This document shows positions 1 through 10,142 of a stretch of 64,000 nt of DNA, in pieces (within the stretch, counting starts at the first letter, position 1; every line of letters starts with the position of its first letter). The DNA is taken from assembly GCA_048941285.1 (NCBI GenBank), contig JBHLNS010000002.1, positions 32,001 through 96,000 on the forward strand, written 5' to 3'. A program made the position numbers and the translations under genes. The stretch is from Promethearchaeota archaeon. Lineage in GTDB: Archaea; Asgardarchaeota; Lokiarchaeia; Sigyniarchaeales; SOKP01. Below the pieces are notes generated by a model, which ran no database searches, had not been told where the DNA came from, and saw only the letters and a list, made by a program, of their open reading frames with translations.

Positions 1-2
1 TC

Positions 3-269
3 GAATTATTGGAAATGCGTCGAAACCGTGAAAATGCTTGGTGTTGTGGTGCTGGGGGAGGTGTAAAGATAGGTTACCCTGAATGGTCATTGGAAGTCTC
101 AAAAGAGAGATTGGATGAAGCTAAAGAAACAGGTGCTTCAGTAATATCTTCAATATGTCCTTTTTGCAGAACGAATTTATCGGATGCAAATGAAAAGTAT
201 AATATGGATTTTGAAGTAATTGATCTGATGGAAATTTTAGATAAACTTGATATTGATATAAAGAAGTAA
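3..269 (+). CDS. Fe-S oxidoreductase, CCG-domain (HdrD/GlpC-like), C-terminal part; gene starts before the window
   Basis: NAWCCGAGGG and CPFC motifs of the cysteine-rich CCG domain; the frame is open to the window edge. Confidence 0.8.
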   Translation, partial: ELLEMRRNRENAWCCGAGGGVKIGYPEWSLEVSKERLDEAKETGASVISSICPFCRTNLSDANEKYNMDFEVIDLMEILDKLDIDIKK

Positions 270-301
270 AAATAATAGAAAGAATAAAAATTAATTTTAA
301 T

Positions 302-1315
302 TTAGTAATTTAATTCTTCACCAAGTGCCATGCGAGCTAAATCGCTTAGCAAATAATTCTTTAATCCATTCCTCTCAACTTTGGATCCTAAAACATCTTT
401 ACATGCAGGGCAGTTATATACGCATGCTTCAGCGCCATGATCAAGCATATCTTTGACATTCTTATTTTGGGTAGGTCTAACTAATTTACTTTTGCCTATC
501 CATGAAAACCCTCCAGCACAACATAATGCATTTATTCTATCATACTCTCTCGCGACGCGTTCTACTCCAATTAATTCACAAATTTTATCAACCCACTCAT
601 CAGTCTCAGGTATAAATCTATTGGAACAATTTCTTTGATACGCAATTTTCATATTAAGTTTTTTCAATTCTGATTCGTGTTCTTTTAGATAATTATATAT
701 ATATTCAAGGAGATGAATCGGCTTAAATGGCACCTCAATATTATTTCTTTGACAATAAGATGTCCAAAGTCCATAGCATTCGTCATGCCAACAAATCAAT
801 TCTTTTATTCCATGTTTTTTTATATTGTCAATTATAATTGGAACCCTTTCTCTTATTACCGAATCTCTAGCAAGGTGATGATACATTAAATTACAATAAA
901 AAGCACGACCGCTTATATATTGCATATTTTCAAACATTTGCCCTTTCATTTCTTCCTCATTTATTCTTGAAAAAGTACATTTATGAAAAACAGGTTTATT
1001 AGGATCAATTTCTTTTATTATTAATTCATCAGGAGGTTTAAACCGATTAATCAAGTCATTTATAAACGTTGGAGGAATATCGAATGAATTATATTTTTCC
1101 TGTAATTCTGTTTTTAAATCAAATGGATGTGAATTATATGGACAATATTCGTCACAAGCAAAACATGTAACACATTGCTTTAAGACGAATGAATCCTCTC
1201 CATTAATCATTTTTTCCATTTCAATTCTCGCTGTTTCTTTATCAATATCCATCCATTGGCATCGAGTTAAGCAATCAATATTTTCACATTCAGAACAATG
1301 AGATTTATCAAACAT
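302..1315 (-). CDS. (Fe-S)-binding oxidoreductase with ferredoxin-like and CCG domains
   Basis: CVTCFACDEYCP ferredoxin motif; C-terminal LCCAGG and CPAC CCG motifs. Confidence 0.75.
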   Translation of the reverse strand: MFDKSHCSECENIDCLTRCQWMDIDKETARIEMEKMINGEDSFVLKQCVTCFACDEYCPYNSHPFDLKTELQEKYNSFDIPPTFINDLINRFKPPDELIIKEIDPNKPVFHKCTFSRINEEEMKGQMFENMQYISGRAFYCNLMYHHLARDSVIRERVPIIIDNIKKHGIKELICWHDECYGLWTSYCQRNNIEVPFKPIHLLEYIYNYLKEHESELKKLNMKIAYQRNCSNRFIPETDEWVDKICELIGVERVAREYDRINALCCAGGFSWIGKSKLVRPTQNKNVKDMLDHGAEACVYNCPACKDVLGSKVERNGLKNYLLSDLARMALGEELNY

Positions 1316-1530
1316 TTTTATAACATTTTTAAAATGTAATTTTTAAACTCTTTAATTTTGAAGATTTATAATTAATAAATTTAGAAGATTAATTTAATTT
1401 TATTAAAAATAGGTTTATAGAATTTGAAAAATTCTAATTAAAAGCAATCTGCAAACTACGTGATAGATGGTTAAGGAAAAAAAATTTAAAAAAAAAGAAA
1501 ATATTAGTTTAATGGTTTAAAAAGGGTTCT

Positions 1531-3627
1531 CTAAATTAAAAAGGCCAATAATCCCGCTCCACCGTTGAAGAGAAGTAAGAATCCCATAAAAATAGATGCA
1601 GTCAGTGACATTACTACTAAGAGAGTATTTATACTAGGACCTGCAGTATCTTTAAATGGATCTCCAACAGTATCTCCTGTAATAGACGCCTTATGAGTTT
1701 CAGTCCCTTTTCCTCCTAGATTACCATCTTCTATCCACTTCTTAGCATTGTCCCAAGCTCCACCTGCATTAGACATCATTACTGCAAAAACAAATCCAGA
1801 TAAGATCGCCCCTGCTAGAAATGCCCCTAATGAAGCAACTCCAAATATAATGCCTACCGCAATAGGGATAGCAATTGATATTATACTCGGTAAAAGTAAT
1901 TCTTTTAGTGAACCTCTTGTAGCGATATCAATTGTTCTACTAAAATCAGCAGCTACTTCACCCGTAAGGATTTTTGGATTAGATTCAAATTGTCTTCTGA
2001 TTTCATCCACCATCTTTGCTGCGTTTCTTTGTACAGCTCGTATTAATAATGCTGAAAATAAAGCTGGAACTACTACACCTATGAATCCTCCAATCAAAAC
2101 TTTCACATCTAATAAATCTATAATCGCAATTCCTGCTTCTTGTGCATAAGAAAATAATAATGCTAATACTGTTAGATTAGCGGCTCCTATCGCGAACCCT
2201 TTTGTTATTGCCTTAGCAGTATTACCCGCAGAATCTAGTCTATCAGCAGTACGGATAATATCATCACCTAATTCTCCTTGTTCAGCAATAGCTCTAGCAT
2301 TATCAACTATGGGCCCGTAAGCATCATTAGATACTATGGTTCCTACAATTGCTAACATTCCAACAGCTGCCATTGCAACTCCAAGAAATCCGTCTAAAAC
2401 AAATGCAAAGGCCATAGCAAATGAAATGCCAATTGCAGGAGGAACAACACTAATCAATCCATATGAAAACCCAGAAAGAATAACAACAGCGTGCCCTTCT
2501 TGTGCTGCATGAGCCATATTGCGCGTTGGCTTTTTATCATCTCGAGTAAAATAGTCACTAGTAAATCCTATTATTAACCCACTTGCTAACCCTAATAAAA
2601 CAGCAAAATAATCTAACCATATTTTTCCATAATAACTTGGATCCAACAATGGATCTAAAGTCATCAACAGGGCAAAAAGTCCCCCCAGTCCAGCAAAAAT
2701 AATTGTAGCGATGTAAGTTCCAGAATTTAAAGATTTTCCTGGATCTTCAGAACCTTTCCATTTTATTAGAAAAATCCCTATAAGGGATGCGATTAATCCC
2801 ACTCCTGCTAATACTATAGGATAAATTACAAACGATCCTGAAAGATCTCCAGCAACTAACGCTGCTGCTAAAATCATTGCGGCCACTATAGACGCTACAT
2901 ACGAGTCAAACAAATCACTACCCATTCCTGCAATATCACCAACGTTATCACCAACATTGTCAGCAATGGTTGCTGGATTTCTTGGATCATCTTCGGGGAG
3001 ATTATATTCTGCCTTTCCAACAAGATCAGCCCCTACATCAGCAGTCTTTGTGTATATACCACCACCACACTTCATAAAAAGTGCTATACTGCTCGCACCA
3101 AAACTAAAACCTAATACAATCAATGGTTCTTGAAAAATCCAATAAAGAGTTGATACTCCAATTAAAGCAACTCCTACAACTGCTAACCCCATAACTGAAC
3201 CTCCAAAGAAAGCAATATCGAATCCTTTCTTGGTACCAACTGTACAACCCTGGGCTGCACGAGTATTTGCTTTAACACCAACATACATACCCAACCAACC
3301 AGCTAACATAGAACCTATTGCCCCAATTAAATATGCAAGAGCCTGTTCCCAATTTAGATGTCCAGTGATAATTGGAATTGTATCGGCTGTCATTTCAGTA
3401 GGCAAAAGTAGTAACATAATTGCAAAAAGTACACCAACAAAAATCCCCAAGATTTTATATTGAACTTTAAGATAAGTTGTAGCTCCTTTCTCAATATATC
3501 CAGCTACCTCCACCATTTTTTCATTTCCCGGATCTTCCTTTAGAACTAGACTTCTAAAATATAAAGCCATTGCTATTGAGATTACTCCAGCAATTAAAGC
3601 AACAATTAAAATTATTGGTACAGCCAT
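1531..3627 (-). CDS. hppA: Membrane-bound ion-translocating pyrophosphatase (K+-independent signature)
   Basis: GGIYTKTADVGADLVGK, EDDPRN, DNVGDNVGD, GNTAKAITKG, GGAWDNAKK, GDTVGDPFKDT; many TM helices. Confidence 0.96.
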   Translation of the reverse strand: MAVPIILIVALIAGVISIAMALYFRSLVLKEDPGNEKMVEVAGYIEKGATTYLKVQYKILGIFVGVLFAIMLLLLPTEMTADTIPIITGHLNWEQALAYLIGAIGSMLAGWLGMYVGVKANTRAAQGCTVGTKKGFDIAFFGGSVMGLAVVGVALIGVSTLYWIFQEPLIVLGFSFGASSIALFMKCGGGIYTKTADVGADLVGKAEYNLPEDDPRNPATIADNVGDNVGDIAGMGSDLFDSYVASIVAAMILAAALVAGDLSGSFVIYPIVLAGVGLIASLIGIFLIKWKGSEDPGKSLNSGTYIATIIFAGLGGLFALLMTLDPLLDPSYYGKIWLDYFAVLLGLASGLIIGFTSDYFTRDDKKPTRNMAHAAQEGHAVVILSGFSYGLISVVPPAIGISFAMAFAFVLDGFLGVAMAAVGMLAIVGTIVSNDAYGPIVDNARAIAEQGELGDDIIRTADRLDSAGNTAKAITKGFAIGAANLTVLALLFSYAQEAGIAIIDLLDVKVLIGGFIGVVVPALFSALLIRAVQRNAAKMVDEIRRQFESNPKILTGEVAADFSRTIDIATRGSLKELLLPSIISIAIPIAVGIIFGVASLGAFLAGAILSGFVFAVMMSNAGGAWDNAKKWIEDGNLGGKGTETHKASITGDTVGDPFKDTAGPSINTLLVVMSLTASIFMGFLLLFNGGAGLLAFLI

Positions 3628-3896
3628 AATTTTTCACTTAATTTTATAGTATTTTTTTAGATTTTTTGTTATTCAAATTAATAATAATATCACTCAAAAT
3701 TACTTAAATCATTAAAATATTTTGAATTTTAAAGAAAAATTAACTTGAAATGAAGTTGATTTTATAATTATAACTTAAAACATATCAAATTATATTTCTT
3801 AATTAGGTAAAATGAACCCTTGCTTTTCAAAATAAAAATAGTTATTAATATCTATCTAACTTAATAATATTCAATAAAAAATTTAGAAAATATTGG

Positions 3897-5012
3897 GTGA
3901 ATTCAATCACTTTACAAAATCAGAATGAAAAAGAAGTTACAATAAAGGATCAAATGAAAAAATTCCTAATAAAAGGCTTTTATGGATTTAATACAGTACT
4001 AACATTTGGTTTAGGTCAAAGGCTTGGTATTTTTGATTATCTTTATGAAAAAACTAAATCTTCAACCGCAGGATCATCATTATCTTCAATTATTTTTACT
4101 ATAGAAGAAATTTCTGAAAAACTTAATTTAAATCTAAAATATATAGATGCGTGGGTTCATTTAGGTCTTGTGTGTGGTCTTTTCGAAATCAACGATGCCA
4201 TTAAAAAAGAAATAAAAACTGCTCCACATGTGTATAGTTTATTAATTGACTGCAATCATATGTTTTATGTTGGAGATACTATTGGTGCTTTTTATTACCT
4301 TGCACCATATCAAGATTCTATATTTGAGTATATTAAGGGTAGAAAACAATTAGGTACCAAAGAATTCTATAATGAATATCCTGAAGATGTAATTAGAGCT
4401 ACACAGAGGATGAGTGCGAGAGTTGGATCATTGGTCGAGAGGTTATTTTCTAAGAATTTTAAGGATTTTTGTAGATCTTTAACAAGTGATTCATCTATTC
4501 TATCAGTAGGTTGTGGTTATGGTTATACTTTAGCAATGTGGGCAAAAAAATATAAGAAAGCTCAATTTGTAGGTATTGATATTGATTCTCGAGGGACATT
4601 AGCTGCTCAAAAGTTAATAGAAGAAAATAATATGAGTGATAGAGTTGAAATTCTTGAAATTCCACTTGATAAATATACTAAACAATCAGAAAAAAAGTTT
4701 AATTTGATATTATTAAATCAAGTGCTCCATGAGATGGAAAAGGATAAGGCTTATCGATTTAATGTGTTCAATGATCTTTATGTTTTGTTAAAAGATGGTG
4801 GAATTTTGCTTGTTGGAGAGAGTATGATACATGACACTTTTGATTGGCAACAGGAATTCCAGCTTTTTGATGTTATGCATAAATTTCTTGAAGCAGATTT
4901 TGCGGGTTTTTATGACGAGATAACTTTTAAAGAATTTATTAATTCTACACCATTTAAAGACTATGAATTTATAAAAGACAAGGGAACTTATTTCTGGGTT
5001 TTACGAAAGTAA
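3897..5012 (+). CDS. Class I SAM-dependent methyltransferase with N-terminal winged-helix domain
   Basis: SVGCGYG motif I, GIDID, LNQVLHE, LKDGGILLVGE. Confidence 0.8.
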   Translation: MNSITLQNQNEKEVTIKDQMKKFLIKGFYGFNTVLTFGLGQRLGIFDYLYEKTKSSTAGSSLSSIIFTIEEISEKLNLNLKYIDAWVHLGLVCGLFEINDAIKKEIKTAPHVYSLLIDCNHMFYVGDTIGAFYYLAPYQDSIFEYIKGRKQLGTKEFYNEYPEDVIRATQRMSARVGSLVERLFSKNFKDFCRSLTSDSSILSVGCGYGYTLAMWAKKYKKAQFVGIDIDSRGTLAAQKLIEENNMSDRVEILEIPLDKYTKQSEKKFNLILLNQVLHEMEKDKAYRFNVFNDLYVLLKDGGILLVGESMIHDTFDWQQEFQLFDVMHKFLEADFAGFYDEITFKEFINSTPFKDYEFIKDKGTYFWVLRK

Positions 5013-5306
5013 AATTAATTATAGAAAAACGGAATTAGAAAATTTGAAGTGCTTATTATGGATTAATCACAATGGTTTTTCCAAGTAAGCGCGGATGTTG
5101 GAATTGCAAAGAAAAAGGTTCCAGGAAGAAAAATAAAAGGTTAATTATTAGTTATTAAATTGTTTTATAATCAAAACTGTTTTTATATCACAATATTAAA
5201 TTAATTAGGATATTTTTCTTATTATAATTGCAAAGGGAGTATAATAAAAAGTAAATCTATAAGCTTATTTCATTTTAATGTAAAATAAATCTGAGTGAAA
5301 GTTTTT

Positions 5307-6251
5307 ATGGAAGAATTAAGTTGCGAAGCTCTTATTATTGGTAGTGGACCAGCAGGGTTAACTGCGGGGATTTATTGTGCTCGTGCAAATAGAGATGTTA
5401 TAATTCTAGATGGAAAAGAACCATCTGCATTAGCAAAAACTAAAGAAATTCAAAATTGGCCTGGAGAAATTGATATCAGGGGTAAAAAACTGTTAGAAAA
5501 ATTTAGGGCTCATGCTGAAAGTTATTCAGAAAATGTGCGAATTATTCAAAGTGATGTTATTTCACTAATGCTTGGAATGGGTGTAAACAGAATCTCAACA
5601 AGAACAGTAAATATAACGTCTGATGTTGTTATAATTGCTACGGGAGGAGGTACACGAAAAGAAATAATAAAAGGAGAGGATTCTTTGCTTGGATTCGGTG
5701 TTTCCTATAGTGCCTTATGGGATGGACCCTTATATAAAGATAAAGTAGTCTATTTATATGGTAATGACGCGGAAATGTTGGATGATGCTTTAGCCCTTCA
5801 ACAAATGGGTTGCATCGTTCGAGTAATCACAAATATTGAAATTGAAAAATTACCTGAAAATTTATATGATGTAAAAAAAGCTGGAATTGAGATTTTTGAA
5901 AACTTGGAAATAATTGAAGCCGTTCCAAATTCAGAAGGTATTATTCAAAAGATTTTATGCAGATCTACTAAATCTAATTCAGAAGCGGTAGAAGAAATAA
6001 AGGAATTTGAACTTAGTTGTTTATTTATATTATCTCATATATCTTCAAATTCAATTTTTAAAAAATCTGGAGTAGAATTAGATGAAATGGGAAATATTAA
6101 AGTTGATGAAGAACAAAAAACAAATCTAAAAGGAGTTTATGCTGCTGGCGATTGTACAGGAGGAGCTTTTCAAGTTATATTTGCTGTGGCAGAAGGTGGT
6201 CGTGCAGGAATTAATGCTTGCAAATACCTTCGACAATTAAAAAAAGAATAA
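5307..6251 (+). CDS. Thioredoxin reductase-like FAD-binding protein with degenerate active site (SALW)
   Basis: IIGSGPAG FAD motif, IIATG, TNLKGVYAAGD; GVSYSALWDGP replaces GVSYCATCDG; ATG at 5307 chosen over GTG at 5295. Confidence 0.8.
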   Translation: MEELSCEALIIGSGPAGLTAGIYCARANRDVIILDGKEPSALAKTKEIQNWPGEIDIRGKKLLEKFRAHAESYSENVRIIQSDVISLMLGMGVNRISTRTVNITSDVVIIATGGGTRKEIIKGEDSLLGFGVSYSALWDGPLYKDKVVYLYGNDAEMLDDALALQQMGCIVRVITNIEIEKLPENLYDVKKAGIEIFENLEIIEAVPNSEGIIQKILCRSTKSNSEAVEEIKEFELSCLFILSHISSNSIFKKSGVELDEMGNIKVDEEQKTNLKGVYAAGDCTGGAFQVIFAVAEGGRAGINACKYLRQLKKE

Positions 6252-6410
6252 AATTTAGAATGCATTACACTCTCTTTTTTACTTTCTTCTCGAAAAACCT
6301 CACAGTTAAATTAAATATATATCCTATAAAAAAAATTCAAAAAATTTATACCATTATTAAAATTAATATGCCTAAATTTGAATGAAACTACAAAATATTG
6401 GGGATTAACC

Positions 6411-7355
6411 TTGTCTCAAGATAATGAATTTGATCTAATAATTATTGGTGGTGGTCCCGCAGGATTAACAGCAGCAATTTATGGAGGAAGAATGGGTTTG
6501 AAGACTGCTCTGTATGAAGGTAAAGGGTTTGGAGGTTTAGCAGGGACAACACCCAAAATTGAAAATTATCCTGGATATATGAGTATTAATGGTCTGGAAT
6601 TAACTGAAAAAATGAGGGAGCAAGCTGAAAAATGGGGAACTACCTTCTTCTTTAATGAAGTTTCTATGATCAACCCAAAGAGTATGACCATAACATCTTA
6701 TGAAGGAGAAGTGAAAGCTAAAGCAATTATAATTGCTACTGGATCAAAACATATGACACTTGGATTGTCAAATGAGTTTCAATTAGTGGGAAATGGTATA
6801 TCTTATTGTGCCACTTGTGATGGCCCTTTATTTCGAGATCAAGTAGTAGCTACGGTTGGTGGTGGTAATGCTGCAGGGTTAGAAGTAATTTATCTTTCCG
6901 GGGTCGCAAAAAAAGTTTATCTTATTCATCGACGTCACTGTATGCGTGCAGAAGCGTGTATCGTAGATGAAGTTGAATCATTACCCAATGTTGTGCCAAT
7001 GTATAATTGTACTATTGAAGAAGCAATAACAAAAGATGGCAAGTTGGGAGAATTAAAAATCAAAAATCTTGAAACTGGTGAAAGTTCTAATATTAATGTA
7101 AATGCACTCTTTATAGCAATAGGCGTTAAACCACAAAGTGATTTAGCGAAAAAAGCAGGGATAGAACTCGACAAAGATAAATTTATTAAAGTTAACAGAA
7201 ATCAAGAAACTAATTTTTCAGGGATATATGCAGCAGGAGACGTAACAGGTGGAATACGACAAGTAACAACTGCAGTAGGCGAAGGAACAACTGCTAGTAT
7301 GAATGCTTATCTTTTTATCAAAAAAGGATGGTACGGAGAAGGATTAACTAAATGA
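6411..7355 (+). CDS. trxB: Thioredoxin-disulfide reductase
   Basis: GGGPAG, SYCATCDG, GGGNAA, HRR, AAGD motifs; TTG at 6411 is the likely start (ORF open from 6378). Confidence 0.92.
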   Translation: MSQDNEFDLIIIGGGPAGLTAAIYGGRMGLKTALYEGKGFGGLAGTTPKIENYPGYMSINGLELTEKMREQAEKWGTTFFFNEVSMINPKSMTITSYEGEVKAKAIIIATGSKHMTLGLSNEFQLVGNGISYCATCDGPLFRDQVVATVGGGNAAGLEVIYLSGVAKKVYLIHRRHCMRAEACIVDEVESLPNVVPMYNCTIEEAITKDGKLGELKIKNLETGESSNINVNALFIAIGVKPQSDLAKKAGIELDKDKFIKVNRNQETNFSGIYAAGDVTGGIRQVTTAVGEGTTASMNAYLFIKKGWYGEGLTK

Positions 7356-7423
7356 AATCTTTTTAAAATATATACCTAGATATCACACAATAATTTGTAT
7401 TATCTTGATAATTTCCATATAAT

Positions 7424-8347
7424 ATGGAAAATTACAAAATTTCTGATTTTTTGGAAGATTTCTTAGTCGCAAAAGAGGTTGAAGAAGGTTGCTCGTCATC
7501 TACAATTAAAGCTTACCGTTATGATCTTTATAAATTCATTGAACTTGTAGGAGATCTCCAAATTAATTCTCCTTTAATTCGTCAAAAAATTCGACTTTTC
7601 CTAAAAAAATTAAATGAAATGGACTATACTAAAAAAGGTGTAGGAAGAAAAATAGCTTCATTACGGTCTTACTTCAAATTTCTAACCTTAAATGAGTTTA
7701 TTTCAAAAGATCCTATGAGTACTATCAAAACACCGAAAATAAAACTCGAAGAAAGTTTACCAAAATTCTTAAGAATTTCTGATATGGAAAAGATCTTCGA
7801 GAAACTAAAAGATCGACGAGAATTTAACTCAAGAAAGAGTGAACGCTATTATTTAATTGTTCGATTATTATATTCTACTATGGCAAGAGTAAGTGAATTA
7901 TGCAATATAAAAATTAAGGATATAGATTTTGAAAGGGGTTATATTAAACTCCGAGGAAAAGGAAATAAGGAACGGATTGTTCCAGCTGATCATAAGACTT
8001 TAAAAATTTTCGAAGAACATCTCAAAAACAGAATAAGTTATGATACTGAAGATTTTCTGTTAGTTAATACGAGGAACCAACAATTAAGTCCTAGAGTCAT
8101 ACAGACAGATATTAAACTCATTAAAGAAAAATGTGGATTTGCTGATTCTAAAATAATAACTCCCCATGTTTTCAGGCATACTGGAGCAACTCATTTAAGA
8201 CGTTCAGGTATGGATATTAGCGAATTACAAGATATATTAGGACATTCGAGTCCAAACACGACGCGAATTTACGCTAAAAATGACATAACTAAGTTAAAAG
8301 AATCTTATTCTCAGATGCACCCTATCAACAATCTAGATAAATTATAG
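7424..8347 (+). CDS. xerA: XerA/XerC-family tyrosine recombinase
   Basis: N-terminal SSSTIKAYRYDL, ARVSEL (R), GKGNKER (K), PHVFRH (HxxR), LGHSS, TRIY (Y). Confidence 0.88.
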   Translation: MENYKISDFLEDFLVAKEVEEGCSSSTIKAYRYDLYKFIELVGDLQINSPLIRQKIRLFLKKLNEMDYTKKGVGRKIASLRSYFKFLTLNEFISKDPMSTIKTPKIKLEESLPKFLRISDMEKIFEKLKDRREFNSRKSERYYLIVRLLYSTMARVSELCNIKIKDIDFERGYIKLRGKGNKERIVPADHKTLKIFEEHLKNRISYDTEDFLLVNTRNQQLSPRVIQTDIKLIKEKCGFADSKIITPHVFRHTGATHLRRSGMDISELQDILGHSSPNTTRIYAKNDITKLKESYSQMHPINNLDKL

Positions 8348-8484
8348 ATATTAACATAGTTTTTTAATTAAAAAATTTTTTATAGAAAAAAGATAATTCG
8401 AGTATAGTATAAGAAAATTTATACTTAGATTGTTCTTTTATTACATATCAATTAAATTATAATTTCAAAATTTATCGATTTGCC

Positions 8485-9678
8485 ATGGACGAGGATGAAT
8501 TCAGAAAACAGTTCATGAAAAAGTCAGTTTTTAGACAAGCTAGTTCCCTAGATTTAAGTTATGTGCCAGATAAGTTATTTTGTCGAGATGAAGCTCTAAA
8601 AACATTAATTTTCAATTATAGGAGGATTATGGAAGAAAAGGAACAACCTTCTATTAATTGTTTGATATTAGGGAAGGGAGGTGTAGGAAAAACTTGTACT
8701 GCGCGTTTTTTTGGAAAAAGTTTTAGAACAATAGCAATTGAAAATGATGTTAAACTATTCCTAGAATATTTTAATTGCATTAATTTTCGTTCCAAAAGTA
8801 AGATTATTAGAGAGCTGCTCGCCAAATATCAGCATGGCAGTGGTAGAGGTTTTTCAGACGATGAAGCATTAAAATTAATTCTCTCACAACTAATTCGAGA
8901 TAACGGTTATATGTTATTAGTCATTGATGAGATTCATCTCTTAAAATCCGATGAAGTTTTAGCATTTCTAGATATTGCAGAGACATTTGGCCATCAAAAT
9001 GCCAAGTTATCGTTGCTTCTAATTTCAAGAAGCAAGGATTGGATGAGTATTGAAACTGAAAGAATATTAAGTAGATTGAACGAGAAAATCGTATTAAAAC
9101 CCTATAATTTTGATGAATCTCTTCAAATTTTAGAATATCGTAGTGACCTTGCATTAAAAGAGAATGTCATAGATGAGGAGTTATTAACAATGATTGCTCA
9201 AATCGTAGTTGATCATAAAAATATGAGGCATGGTATCGAGATTTTACGAAAAAGTGGGTCATATTGCGATAAGGAAGGGATTGATCGCATAAACGCTGAC
9301 ATAATTAGAGAAGCTTCAAATGATGTTTATCCCACTTTTAGAAATGATATTGTAGATCAATTAAAAGACCAAGAATTATTGGCATTATACGGAATTGTGC
9401 GATCATTAATTGATAAAGGAGAACCATTTACTTTAGTTGATGATGCCTTTGAGGAATATAATGCAATATGCGAGAACTATTCAATGGAACCTCATGTTAA
9501 AATGAGTTTTAGAAAATACGTTCGCCAACTTACTCAATTAAAAATAGTAGCCTCTAAAACAGTAAGAATTGAAGATGCTACGCGTGGAAGACATCTAGAA
9601 ATAACTCTGCTAGATATACCAGCAGTAAAACTACTAGAATTATTAGAAAATATTTTTGAAAGAAAATTCAGTAGTTAG
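8485..9678 (+). CDS. cdc6: Cdc6/Orc1-family AAA+ replication initiator
   Basis: LSYVPDKLFCRD N-terminus, Walker A GKGGVGKT, YFNC, Walker B VIDEIH, C-terminal winged helix. Confidence 0.9.
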   Translation: MDEDEFRKQFMKKSVFRQASSLDLSYVPDKLFCRDEALKTLIFNYRRIMEEKEQPSINCLILGKGGVGKTCTARFFGKSFRTIAIENDVKLFLEYFNCINFRSKSKIIRELLAKYQHGSGRGFSDDEALKLILSQLIRDNGYMLLVIDEIHLLKSDEVLAFLDIAETFGHQNAKLSLLLISRSKDWMSIETERILSRLNEKIVLKPYNFDESLQILEYRSDLALKENVIDEELLTMIAQIVVDHKNMRHGIEILRKSGSYCDKEGIDRINADIIREASNDVYPTFRNDIVDQLKDQELLALYGIVRSLIDKGEPFTLVDDAFEEYNAICENYSMEPHVKMSFRKYVRQLTQLKIVASKTVRIEDATRGRHLEITLLDIPAVKLLELLENIFERKFSS

Positions 9679-9774
9679 TTAAAAATTCTCTACAAATAAA
9701 CAATATGACTCTCTTTTAATTAATTTCTAAATAAATTTCACTTATTATCTAGAATTTCTGTATTTATTCTACTT

Positions 9775-10005
9775 TTAATAATTTTCTTTATCAGATTTAG
9801 AGGAAGAATACCATTCAAGCCATTCTTTTCTACGATTTTTCTTTTGCTGGACACTATCAGTATCTGTAATATTTTCACTCCTTACTTTCTGCCAATATCT
9901 GTCCAACTCATGTCTTGAAAGCGACAATCCACACGATTGACAAACAACTTGCTTTATAGCTGAATGATATTTCATAAATCCTCCGCACTCAGGACAACGA
10001 GCCAT
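9775..10005 (-). CDS. Small zinc-ribbon protein
   Basis: CPECGG...CQSCG. Confidence 0.75.
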   Translation of the reverse strand: MARCPECGGFMKYHSAIKQVVCQSCGLSLSRHELDRYWQKVRSENITDTDSVQQKKNRRKEWLEWYSSSKSDKENY

Positions 10006-10142
10006 CTTTATAATTTATTGTATCAATTATTGTTTATATATTATATTAATAGAATTAATTAGTGTTAAAATATTTTTTGACATAAAATATAAACTCTAAT
10101 TATTTGTATGAAACATATAAACTATTTTTATGGTGTTGAGAA

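Noticed and set aside
5020-5160. Coding-looking fragment between the methyltransferase and the TrxR-like gene (e.g. MVFPSKRGCWNCKEKG...)
   Set aside because: Under 30 codons, with stops in alternative frames and no recognisable family. It may be a gene remnant but cannot be supported.
8348-8484. Possible replication origin (ORB boxes) next to cdc6
   Set aside because: The region is AT-rich, but I saw no ORB-like TCCA..GAAA/G-string repeats.
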